In this document: one piece after another, positions 26,676-39,700 of the stretch | Numbering within the stretch: the stretch's first letter is position 1 | Layout: each line of letters starts with the position of its first letter | NCBI GenBank assembly: GCA_964057225.1 | Contig: OZ059900.1 | Span: 25,606,001 to 25,670,000, forward strand | Reading direction: 5' to 3' | Source of the DNA: Auanema rhodensis | Lineage: Eukaryota; Animalia; Nematoda | Length of the DNA: 64,000 nt | Program-made: the position numbers and the translations under genes | The notes under the pieces: generated by a model | The model's input: only the letters and a program-made list of their open reading frames with translations | Told to the model about the DNA's origin: nothing | Databases searched by the model: none

Positions 26676-29600
26676 TTGTTTACAGCGAAATTTCCAAAAA
26701 CTGGTTTTCCAGCATAATAAAATATTTCTCATGGGAAATACTGTGTTTTTGTATTTTTCTAGTGTTCAGCATGTAAAATGCTTCATTTTAGTATGTAACA
26801 CGCTGAAATTCGTTGCATTTGACGACTCATATGAACAAAAATCGATTTAATCAATATTAGCCATAAGGGGCGTGCCCTCAGAATATGCTAATTTCCTTAA
26901 TTTTCTAACCCCTGTTTTTTTGTCGTGAAAGTGGAACTAGACGTTGTACGAACAATTTTGAGCTAGGTTTCATTGACATTGCATCAGTTTGAACACATGA
27001 AATCGTAAGTCAAAACCTTGTTTACAGCGAAATTTCCAAAAACTGGTTTTCCAGCATAATAAAATATTTCTCATGGGAAAAACTGTGTTTTTGTATTTTT
27101 TCAGTGTTCAGCATGTAAAATGCTTCATTTTAGTATGTAACACGCTGAAATTCGTTGCATTTGACGACTCATATGAACAAAAATCGATTTAATCAATATT
27201 AGCCATAAGGGGCGTGCCCTCAGAATATGCTAATTTCCTTAATTTTCTAACCCCTGTTTTTTTGTCGTGAAAGTGGAACTAGACGTTGTACGAACAATTT
27301 TGAGCTAGGTTTCATTGACATTGCATGAGTTTGAACACATGAAATCGTAAGTCAAAACCTTGTTTACAGCGAAATTTCCAAAAACTGGTTTTCCAGCATA
27401 ATAAAATATTTCTCAAGGGAAAAACTGTGTTTTTATATTTTTCTAGTGTTCAGCATGTGAAATGCTTAATTTTAGTATGTAACACGCTGAAATTTGTTGC
27501 ATTTGACGACTCATATGAACAAAAATCGATTTAATCAATATTAGCCATAAGGGGCGTGCCCTCAGAATATGCTAATTTCCTTAATTTTCTAACCCCTGTT
27601 TTTTTGTCGTGAAAGTGGAACTAGACGTTGTACGAACAATTTTGAGCTAGGTTTCATTGACATTGCATGAGTTTGAACACATGAAATCGTAAGTCAAAAC
27701 CTTGTTTACAGCGAAATTTCCAAAAACTGGTTTTCCAGCATAATAAAATATTTCTCATGGGAAATACTGTGTTTTTGTATTTTTTTAGTGTTCAGCATGT
27801 AAAATGCGTCATTTTAGTATGTAAAACGCTGAAATTCGTTGCATTTGACGACTCATATGAACAAAAATCGATTTAATCAATATTAGCCATAAGGGGCGTG
27901 CCCTCAGAATATGCTAATTTCCTTAATTTTCTAACCCCTGTTTTTTTGTCGTGAAAGTGGAACTAGACGTTGTACGAACAATTTTGAGCTAGGTTCCATT
28001 GACATTGCATGAGTTTGAACACATGAAATCGTAAGTCAAAACCTTGTTTACAGCGAAATTTCCAAAAACTGGTTTTCCCGCATAATAAAATATTTCTCAT
28101 GGGAAATACTGTGTTTTTGTATTTTTCTAGTGTTCAGCATGTAAAATGCTTCATTTTAGAATGTAACACGCTGAAATTCGTTGCATTTGACGACTCATAT
28201 GAACAAAAATCGATTTAATCAATATTAGCCATAAGGGGCGTGCCCTCAGAATATGCTAATTTCCTTAATTTTCTAACCCCTGTTTTTTTGTTGTGAAAGT
28301 GGAACTAGACGTTGTACGAACAATTTTGAGCTAGGTTTCATTGACATTGCATGAGTTTGAACACATGAAATCGTAAGTCAAAACCTTGTTTACAGCGAAA
28401 TTTCCAAAAACTGGTTTTCCAGCATAATAAAATATTTCTCATGGGAAATACTGTGTTTTTGTATTTTTCTAGTGTTCAGCATGTAAAATGCTTCATTTTA
28501 GTATGTAACACGCTGAAATTCGTTGCATTTGACGACTCATATGAACAAAAATCGATTTAATCAATATTAGCCATAAGGGGCGTGCCCTCAGAATATGCTA
28601 ATTTCCTTAATTTTCTAACCCCTGTTTTTTTGTCGTGAAAGTGGAACTAGACGTTGTACGAACAATTTTGAGCTAGGTTTCATTGACATTGCATCAGTTT
28701 GAACACATGAAATCGTAAGTCAAAACCTTGTTTACAGCGAAATTTCCAAAAACTGGTTTTCCAGCATAATAAAATATTTCTCATGGGAAATACTGTGTTT
28801 TTGTATTTTTCTAGTGTTCAACATGTAAAATGCTTCATTTTAGTATGTAACACGCTGAAATTCGTTGCATTTGACGACTCATATGAACAAAAATCGATTT
28901 AATCAATATTAGCCATAAGGGGCGTGCCCTCAGAATATGCTAATTTCCTTAATTTTCTAACCCCTGTTTTTTTGTCGTGAAAGTGGAACTAGACGTTGTA
29001 CGAACAATTTTGAGCTAGGTTTCATTGACATTGCATGAGTTTGAACACATGAAATCGTAAGTCAAAACCTTGTTTACAGCGAAATTTCCAAAAACTGGTT
29101 TTCCAGCATAATAAAATATTTCTCATGGGAAAAACTGTGTTTTTGTATTTTTTCAGTGTTCAGCATGTAAAATGCTTCATTTTAGTATGTAACACGCTGA
29201 AATTCGTTGCATTTGACGACTCATATGAACAAAAATCGATTTAATCAATATTAGCCATAAGGGGCGTGCCCTCAGAATATGCTAATTTCCTTAATTTTCT
29301 AACCCCTGTTTTTTTGTCGTGAAAGTGGAACTAGACGTTGTACGAACAATTTTGAGCTAGGTTTCATTGACATTGCATGAGTTTGAACACATGAAATCGT
29401 AAGTCAAAACCTTGTTTACAGCGAAATTTCCAAAAACTGGTTTTCCAGCATAATAAAATATTTCTCAAGGGAAAAACTGTGTTTTTATATTTTTCTAGTG
29501 TTCAGCATGTGAAATGCTTAATTTTAGTATGTAACACGCTGAAATTTGTTGCATTTGACGACTCATATGAACAAAAATCGATTTAATCAATATTAGCCAT

Positions 29601-30779
29601 AAGGGGCGTGCCCTCAGAATATGCTAATTTCCTTAATTTTCTAACCCCTGTTTTTTTGTCGTGAAAGTGGAACTAGACGTTGTACGAACAATTTTGAGCT
29701 AGGTTTCATTGACATTGCATGAGTTTGAACACATGAAATCGTAAGTCAAAACCTTGTTTACAGCGAAATTTCCAAAAACTGGTTTTCCAGCATAATAAAA
29801 TATTTCTCATGGGAAATACTGTGTTTTTGTATTTTTCTAGTGTTCAGCATGTAAAATGCTTCATTTTAGAATGTAACACGCTGAAATTCGTTGCATTTGA
29901 CGACTCATATGAACAAAAATCGATTTAATCAATATTAGCCATAAGGGGCGTGCCCTCAGAATATGCTAATTTCCTTAATTTTCTAACCCCTGTTTTTTTG
30001 TTGTGAAAGTGGAACTAGACGTTGTACGAACAATTTTAAGCTAGGTTTCATTGACATTGCATGAGTTTGAACACATGAAATCGTAAGTCAAAACCTTGTT
30101 TACAGCGAAATTTCCAAAAACTGGTTTTCCAGCATAATAAAATATTTCTCATGGGAAATACTGTGTTTTTGTATTTTTCTAGTGTTCAGCATGTAAAATG
30201 TTTCATTTTAGTATGTAACACGCTGAAATTCGTTGCATTTGACGACTCATATGAACAAAAATCGATTTAATCAATATTAGCCATAAGGGGCGTGCCCTCA
30301 GAATATGCTAATTTCCTTAATTTTCTAACCCCTGTTTTTTTGTCGTGAAAGTGGAACTAGACGTTGTACGAACAATTTTGAGCTAGGTTTCATTGACATT
30401 GCATCAGTTTGAACACATGAAATCGTAAGTCAAAACCTTGTTTACAGCGAAATTTCCAAAAACTGGTTTTCCAGCATAATAAAATATTTCTCATGGGAAA
30501 TACTGTGTTTTTGTATTTTTCTAGTGTTCAACATGTAAAATGCTTCATTTTAGTATGTAACACGCTGAAATTCGTTGCATTTGACGACTCATATGAACAA
30601 AAATCGATTTAATCAATATTAGCCATAAGGGGCGTGCCCTCAGAATATGCTAATTTCCTTAATTTTCTAACCCCTGTTTTTTTGTCGTGAAAGTGGAACT
30701 AGACGTTGTACGAACAATTTTGAGCTAGGTTTCATTGACATTGCATGAGTTTGAACACATGAAATCGTAAGTCAAAACC
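26676..30779 (+). repeat. 12-monomer block (C-E-B-F-J-C-I-E-B-J-C-I), copy 2
   Basis: Matches 12997-17100 at an offset of 40 monomers, with only a few private SNPs. Confidence 0.85.
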
Positions 30780-33700
30780 TTGTTTACAGCGAAATTTCCA
30801 AAAACTGGTTTTCCAGCATAATAAAATATTTCTCATGGGAAAAACTGTGTTTTTGTATTTTTCTAGTGTTCAGCATGTAAAATGCTTCATTTTAGTATGT
30901 AGCACACTGAAATTTGTTGCATTTGACGACTCATATGAACAAAAATTGATTTTATCAATATTAGCCATAAGGGGCGTGCCCTCAGAATATGCTAATTTCC
31001 TTAATTTTCTAACCCCTGTTTTTTTGTCGTGAAAGTGGAACTAGACGTTGTACGAACAATTTTGAGCTAGGTTTCATTGACATTGCATGAGTTTGAACAC
31101 ATGAAATCGTAAGTCAAAACCTTGTTTACAGCGAAATTTCCAAAAACTGGTTTTCCAGCATAATAAAATATTTCTCATGGGAAATACAGTGTTTTTGTAT
31201 TTTTTTAGTGTTCAGCATGTAAAATGCGTCATTTTAGTATGTAAAACGCTGAAATTCGTTGCATTTGACGACTCATATGAACAAAAATCGATTTAATCAA
31301 TATTAGCCATAAGGGGCGTGCCCTCAGAATATGCTAATTTCCTTAATTTTCTAACCCCTGTTTTTTTGTCGTGAAAGTGGAACTAGACGTTGTACGAACA
31401 ATTTTGAGCTAGGTTTCATTGACATTGCATGAGTTTGAACACATGAAATCGTAAGTCAAAACCTTGTTTACAGCGAAATTTCCAAAAACTGGTTTTCCAG
31501 CATAATAAAATATTTCTCAAGGGAAAAACTGTGTTTTTATATTTTTCTAGTGTTCAGCATGTGAAATGCTTAATTTTAGTATGTAACACGCTGAAATTTG
31601 TTGCATTTGACGACTCATATGAACAAAAATCGATTTAATCAATATTAGCCATAAGGGGCGTGCCCTCAGAATATGCTAATTTCCTTAATTTTCTAACCCC
31701 TGTTTTTTTGTCGTGAAAGTGGAACTAGACGTTGTACGAACAATTTTGAGCTAGGTTTCATTGACATTGCATGAGTTTGAACACATGAAATCGTAAGTCA
31801 AAACCTTGTTTACAGCGAAATTTCCAAAAACTGGTTTTCCAGCATAATAAAATATTTCTCATGGGAAATACTGTGTTTTTGTATTTTTCTAGTGTTCAGC
31901 ATGTAAAATGCTTCATTTTAGAATGTAACACGCTGAAATTCGTTGCATTTGACGACTCATATGAACAAAAATCGATTTAATCAATATTAGCCATAAGGGG
32001 CGTGCCCTTAGAATATGCTAATTTCCTTAATTTTCTAACCCCTGTTTTTTTGTTGTGAAAGTGGAACTAGACGTTGTACGAACAATTTTAAGCTAGGTTT
32101 CATTGACATTGCATGAGTTTGAACACATGAAATCGTAAGTCAAAACCTTGTTTACAGCGAAATTTCCAAAAACTGGTTTTCCAGCATAATAAAATATTTC
32201 TCATGGGAAATACTGTGTTTTTGTATTTTTCTAGTGTTCAGCATGTAAAATGCTTCATTTTAGTATGTAACACGCTGAAATTCGTTGCATTTGACGACTC
32301 ATATGAACAAAAATCGATTTAATCAATATTAGCCATAAGGGGCGTGCCCTCAGAATATGCTAATTTCCTTAATTTTCTAACCCCTGTTTTTTTGTCGTGA
32401 AAGTGGAACTAGACGTTGTACGAACAATTTTGAGCTAGGTTTCATTGACATTGCATCAGTTTGAACACATGAAATCGTAAGTCAAAACCTTGTTTACAGC
32501 GAAATTTCCAAAAACTGGTTTTCCAGCATAATAAAATATTTCTCATGGGAAATACTGTGTTTTTGTATTTTTCTAGTGTTCAACATGTAAAATGCTTCAT
32601 TTTAGTATGTAACACGCTGAAATTCGTTGCATTTGACGACTCATATGAACAAAAATCGATTTAATCAATATTAGCCATAAGGGGCGTGCCCTCAGAATAT
32701 GCTAATTTCCTTAATTTTCTAACCCCTGTTTTTTTGTCGTGAAAGTGGAACTAGACGTTGTACGAACAATTTTGAGCTAGGTTTCATTGACATTGCATGA
32801 GTTTGAACACATGAAATCGTAAGTCAAAACCTTGTTTACAGCGAAATTTCCAAAAACTGGTTTTCCAGCATAATAAAATATTTCTCATGGGAAATACAGT
32901 GTTTTTGTATTTTTTTAGTGTTCAGCATGTAAAATGCGTCATTTTAGTATGTAAAACGCTGAAATTCGTTGCATTTGACGACTCATATGAACAAAAATCG
33001 ATTTTATCAATATTAGCCATAAGGGGCGTGCCCTCAGAATATGCTAATTTCCTTAATTTTCTAACCCCTGTTTTTTTGTCGTGAAAGTGGAACTAGACGT
33101 TGTACGAACAATTTTGAGCTAGGTTTCATTGACATTGCATGAGTTTGAACACATGAAATCGTAAGTCAAAACCTTGTTTACAGCGAAATTTCCAAAAACT
33201 GGTTTTCCAGCATAATAAAATATTTCTCAAGGGAAAAACTGTGTTTTTATATTTTTCTAGTGTTCAGCATGTAAAATGCGTCATTTTAGTATGTAAAACG
33301 CTGAAATTCGTTGCATTTGACGACTCATATGAACAAAAATCGATTTTATCAATATTAGCCATAAGGGGTGTGCCCTCAGAATATGCTGATTTCCTTAATT
33401 TTCTAACCCCTGTTTTTTTGTCGTGAAAGTGGAACTAGACGTTGTACGAACAATTTTGAGCTAGGTTTCATTGACATTGCATGAGTTTGAACACATGAAA
33501 TCGTAAGTCAAAACCTTGTTTACAGCGAAATTTCCAAAAACTGGTTTTCCAGCATAATACAATATTTCTCATGGGAAATACTGTGTTTTTGTATTTTTCT
33601 AGTGTTCAGAATGTAGAATGCTTCATTTTAGTATGTAACACGCTGAAATTCGTTGCATTTGACGACTCATATGAACAAAAATCGATTTAATCAATATTAG

Positions 33701-36700
33701 CCATAAGGGGCGTGCCCTCAGAATATGCTAATTTCCTTAATTTTCTAACCCCTGTTTTTTTGTCGTGAAAGTGGAACTAGACGTTGTACGAACAATTTTG
33801 AGCTAGGTTTCATTGACATTGCATGAGTTTGAACACATGAAATCGTAAGTCAAAACCTTGTTTACAGCGAAATTTCCAAAAACTGGTTTTCCAGCATAAT
33901 ACAATATTTCTCATGGGAAATACTGTGTTTTTGTATTTTTCTAGTGTTCAGCATGTAAAATGCTTCATTTTAGTATGTAACACGCTGTAATTCGTTGCAT
34001 TTGACGACTCATATGAACAAAAATCGATTTAATCAATATTAGCCATAAGGGGCGTGCCCTTAGAATATGCTAATTTCCTTAATTTTCTAACCCCTGTTTT
34101 TTTGTCGTGAAAGTGGAACTAGACGTTGTACGAACAATTTTGAGCTAGGTTTCATTGACATTGCATGAGTTTGAACACATGAAATCGTAAGTCAAAACCT
34201 TGTTTACAGCGAAATTTCCAAAAACTGGTTTTCCAGCATAATAAAATATTTCTCATGGGAAATACTGTGTTTTTGTATTTTTCTAGTGTTCAGCATGTAA
34301 AATGCTTCATTTTAGTATGTAACACGCTGAAATTCGTTGCATTTGACGACTCATATGAACAAAAATCGATTTAATCAATATTAGCCATAAGGGGCGTGCC
34401 CTCAGAATATGCTAATTTCCTTAATTTTCTAACCCCTGTTTTTTTGTCGTGAAAGTGGAACTAGACGTTGTACGAACAATTTTGAGCTAGGTTTCATTGA
34501 CATTGCATGAGTTTGAACACATGAAATCGTAAGTCAAAACCTTGTTTACAGCGAAATTTCCAAAAACTGGTTTTCCAGCATAATAAAATATTTCTCAAGG
34601 GAAAAACTGTGTTTTTATATTTTTCTAGTGTTCAGCATGTAAAATGCGTCATTTTAGTATGTAAAACGCTGAAATTCGTTGCATTTGACGACTCATATGA
34701 ACAAAAATCGATTTTATCAATATTAGCCATAAGGGGTGTGCCCTCAGAATATGCTGATTTCCTTAATTTTCTAACCCCTGTTTTTTTGTCGTGAAAGTGG
34801 AACTAGACGTTGTACGAACAATTTTGAGCTAGGTTTCATTGACATTGCATGAGTTTGAACACATGAAATCGTAAGTCAAAACCTTGTTTACAGCGAAATT
34901 TCCAAAAACTGGTTTTCCAGCATAATACAATATTTCTCATGGGAAATACTGTGTTTTTGTATTTTTCTAGTGTTCAGAATGTAGAATGCTTCATTTTAGT
35001 ATGTAACACGCTGAAATTCGTTGCATTTGACGACTCATATGAACAAAAATCGATTTAATCAATATTAGCCATAAGGGGCGTGCCCTCAGAATATGCTAAT
35101 TTCCTTAATTTTCTAACCCCTGTTTTTTTGTCGTGAAAGTGGAACTAGACGTTGTACGAACAATTTTGAGCTAGGTTTCATTGACATTGCATGAGTTTGA
35201 ACACATGAAATCGTAAGTCAAAACCTTGTTTACAGCGAAATTTCCAAAAACTGGTTTTCCAGCATAATACAATATTTCTCATGGGAAATACTGTGTTTTT
35301 GTATTTTTCTAGTGTTCAGCATGTAAAATGCTTCATTTTAGTATGTAACACGCTGTAATTCGTTGCATTTGACGACTCATATGAACAAAAATCGATTTAA
35401 TCAATATTAGCCATAAGGGGCGTGCCCTCAGAATATGCTAATTTCCTTAATTTTCTAACCCCTGTTTTTTTGTCGTGAAAGTGGAACTAGACGTTGTACG
35501 AACAATTTTGAGCTAGGTTTCATTGACATTGCATGAGTTTGAACACATGAAATCGTAAGTCAAAACCTTGTTTACAGCGAAATTTCCAAAAACTGGTTTT
35601 CCAGCATAATACAATATTTCTCATGGGAAATACTGTGTTTTTGTATTTTTCTAGTGTTCAGCATGTAAAATGCTTCATTTTAGTATGTAACACGCTGTAA
35701 TTCGTTGCATTTGACCACTCATATGAACAAAAATCGATTTAATCAATATTAGCCATAAGGGGCGTGCCCTCAGAATATGCTAATTTCCTTAATTTTCTAA
35801 CCCCTGTTTTTTTGTCGTGAAAGTGGAACTAGACGTTGTACGAACAATTTTGAGCTAGGTTTCATTGACATTGCATGAGTTTGAACACATGAAATCGTAA
35901 GTCAAAACCTTGTTTACAGCGAAATTTCCAAAAACTGGTTTTCCAGCATAATAAAATATTTCTCATGGGAAATACTGTGTTTTTGTATTTTTCTAGTGTT
36001 CAGCATGTAAAATGCTTCATTTTAGTATGTAACACGCTGAAATTCGTTGCATTTGACGACTCATATGAACAAAAATCGATTTAATCAATATTAGCCATAA
36101 GGGGCGTGCCCTCAGAATATGCTAATTTCCTTAATTTTCTAACCCCTGTTTTTTTGTCGTGAAAGTGGAACTAGACGTTGTACGAACAATTTTGAGCTAG
36201 GTTTCATTGACATTGCATGAGTTTGAACACATGAAATCGTAAGTCAAAACCTTGTTTACAGCGAAATTTCCAAAAACTGGTTTTCCAGCATAATACAATA
36301 TTTCTCATGGGAAATACTGTGTTTTTGTATTTTTCTAGTGTTCAGAATGTAGAATGCTTCATTTTAGTATGTAACACGCTGAAATTCGTTGCATTTGACG
36401 ACTCATATGAACAAAAATCGATTTAATCAATATTAGACATAAGGGGCGTGCCCTCAGAATATGCTAATTTCCTTAATTTTCTAACCCCTGTTTTTTTGTC
36501 GTGAAAGTGGAACTAGACGTTGTACGAACAATTTTGAGCTAGGTTTCATTGACATTGCATCAGTTTGAACACATGGAATCGTAAGTCAAAACCTTGTTTA
36601 CAGCGAAATTTCCAAAAACTGGTTTTCCAGCATAATAAAATATTTCTCATGGGAAATACTGTGTTTTTGTATTTTTCTAGTGTTCAGCATGTAAAATGCG

Positions 36701-39700
36701 TCATTTTAGTATGTAAAACGCTGAAATTCGTTGCATTTGACGACTCATATGAACAAAAATCGATTTTATCAATATTAGCCATAAGGGGTGTGCCCTCAGA
36801 ATATGCTGATTTCCTTAATTTTCTAACCCCTGTTTTTTTGTCGTGAAAGTGGAACTAGACGTTGTACGAACAATTTTGAGCTAGGTTTCATTGACATTGC
36901 ATGAGTTTGAACACATGAAATCGTAAGTCAAAACCTTGTTTACAGCGAAATTTCCAAAAACTGGTTTTCCAGCATAATACAATATTTCTCATGGGAAATA
37001 CTGTGTTTTTGTATTTTTCTAGTGTTCAGAATGTAGAATGCTTCATTTTAGTATGTAACACGCTGAAATTCGTTGCATTTGACGACTCATATGAACAAAA
37101 ATCGATTTAATCAATATTAGCCATAAGGGGCGTGCCCTCAGAATATGCTAATTTCCTTAATTTTCTAACCCCTGTTTTTTTGTCGTGAAAGTGGAACTAG
37201 ACGTTGTACGAACAATTTTGAGCTAGGTTTCATTGACATTGCATCAGTTTGAACACATGGAATCGTAAGTCAAAACCTTGTTTACAGCGAAATTTCCAAA
37301 AACTGGTTTTCCAGCATAATAAAATATTTCTCATGGGAAATACTGTGTTTTTGTATTTTTCTAGTGTTCAACATGTAAAATGCTTCATTTTAGTATGTAA
37401 CACGCTGAAATTCGTTGCATTTGACGACTCATATGAACAAAAATCGATTTAATCATTATTAGCCATAAGGGGCGTGCCCTCAGAATATGCTAATTTCCTT
37501 AATTTTCTAACCCCTGTTTTTTTGTCGTGAAAGTGGAACTAGACGTTGTACGAACAATTTTGAGCTAGGTTTCATTGACATTGCATGAGTTTGAACACAT
37601 GAAATCGTAAGTCAAAACCTTGTTTACAGCGAAATTTCCAAAAACTGGTTTTCCAGCATAATAAAATATTTCTCATGGGAAAAACTGTGTTTTTGTATTT
37701 TTTCAGTGTTCAGCATGTAAAATGCTTCATTTTAGTATGTAACACGCTGAAATTCGTTGCATTTGACGACTCATATGAACAAAAATCGATTTAATCAATA
37801 TTAGCCATAAGGGGCGTGCCCTCAGAATATGCTAATTTCCTTAATTTTCTAACCCCTGTTTTTTTGTCGTGAAAGTGGAACTAGACGTTGTACGAACAAT
37901 TTTGAGCTAGGTTTCATTGACATTGCATGAGTTTGAACACATGAAATCGTAAGTCAAAACCTTGTTTACAGCGAAATTTCCAAAAACTGGTTTTCCAGCA
38001 TAATAAAATATTTCTCAAGGGAAAAACTGTGTTTTTATATTTTTCTAGTGTTCAGCATGTGAAATGCTTAATTTTAGTATGTAACACGCTGAAATTTGTT
38101 GCATTTGACGACTCATATGAACAAAAATCGATTTAATCAATATTAGCCATAAGGGGCGTGCCCTCAGATTATGCTAATTTCCTTAATTTTCTAACCCCTG
38201 TTTTTTTGTCGTGAAAGTGGAACTAGACGTTGTACGAACAATTTTGAGCTAGGTTTCATTGACATTGCATGAGTTTGAACACATGAAATCGTAAGTCAAA
38301 ACCTTGTTTACAGCGAAATTTCCAAAAACTGGTTTTCCAGCATAATAAAATATTTCTCATGGGAAATACTGTGTTTTTGTATTTTTCTAGTGTTCAGCAT
38401 GTAAAATGCTTCATTTTAGAATGTAACACGCTGAAATTCGTTGCATTTGACGACTCATATGAACAAAAATCGATTTAATCAATATTAGCCATAAGGGGCG
38501 TGCCCTCAGAATATGCTAATTTCCTTAATTTTCTAACCCCTGTTTTTTTGTTGTGAAAGTGGAACTAGACGTTGTACGAACAATTTTAAGCTAGGTTTCA
38601 TTGACATTGCATGAGTTTGAACACATGAAATCGTAAGTCAAAACCTTGTTTACAGCGAAATTTCCAAAAACTGGTTTTCCAGCATAATAAAATATTTCTC
38701 ATGGGAAATACTGTGTTTTTGTATTTTTCTAGTGTTCAGCATGTAAAATGCTTCATTTTAGTATGTAACACGCTGAAATTCGTTGCATTTGACGACTCAT
38801 ATGAACAAAAATCGATTTAATCAATATTAGCCATAAGGGGCGTGCCCTCAGAATATGCTAATTTCCTTAATTTTCTAACCCCTGTTTTTTTGTCGTGAAA
38901 GTGGAACTAGACGTTGTACGAACAATTTTGAGCTAGGTTTCATTGACATTGCATCAGTTTGAACACATGAAATCGTAAGTCAAAACCTTGTTTACAGCGA
39001 AATTTCCAAAAACTGGTTTTCCAGCATAATAAAATATTTCTCATGGGAAATACTGTGTTTTTGTATTTTTCTAGTGTTCAACATGTAAAATGCTTCATTT
39101 TAGTATGTAACACGCTGAAATTTGTTGCATTTGACGACTCATATGAACAAAAATCGATTTAATCAATATTAGCCATAAGGGGCGTGCCCTCAGAATATGC
39201 TAATTTCCTTAATTTTCTAACCCCTGTTTTTTTGTCGTGAAAGTGGAACTAGACGTTGTACGAACAATTTTGAGCTAGGTTTCATTGACATTGCATGAGT
39301 TTGAACACATGAAATCGTAAGTCAAAACCTTGTTTACAGCGAAATTTCCAAAAACTGGTTTTCCAGCATAATAAAATATTTCTCATGGGAAAAACTGTGT
39401 TTTTGTATTTTTCTAGTGTTCAGCATGTAAAATGCTTCATTTTAGTATGTAGCACACTGAAATTTGTTGCATTTGACGACTCATATGAACAAAAATTGAT
39501 TTTATCAATATTAGCCATAAGGGGCGTGCCCTCAGAATATGCTAATTTCCTTAATTTTCTAACCCCTGTTTTTTTGTCGTGAAAGTGGAACTAGACGTTG
39601 TACGAACAATTTTGAGCTAGGTTTCATTGACATTGCATGAGTTTGAACACATGAAATCGTAAGTCAAAACCTTGTTTACAGCGAAATTTCCAAAAACTGG

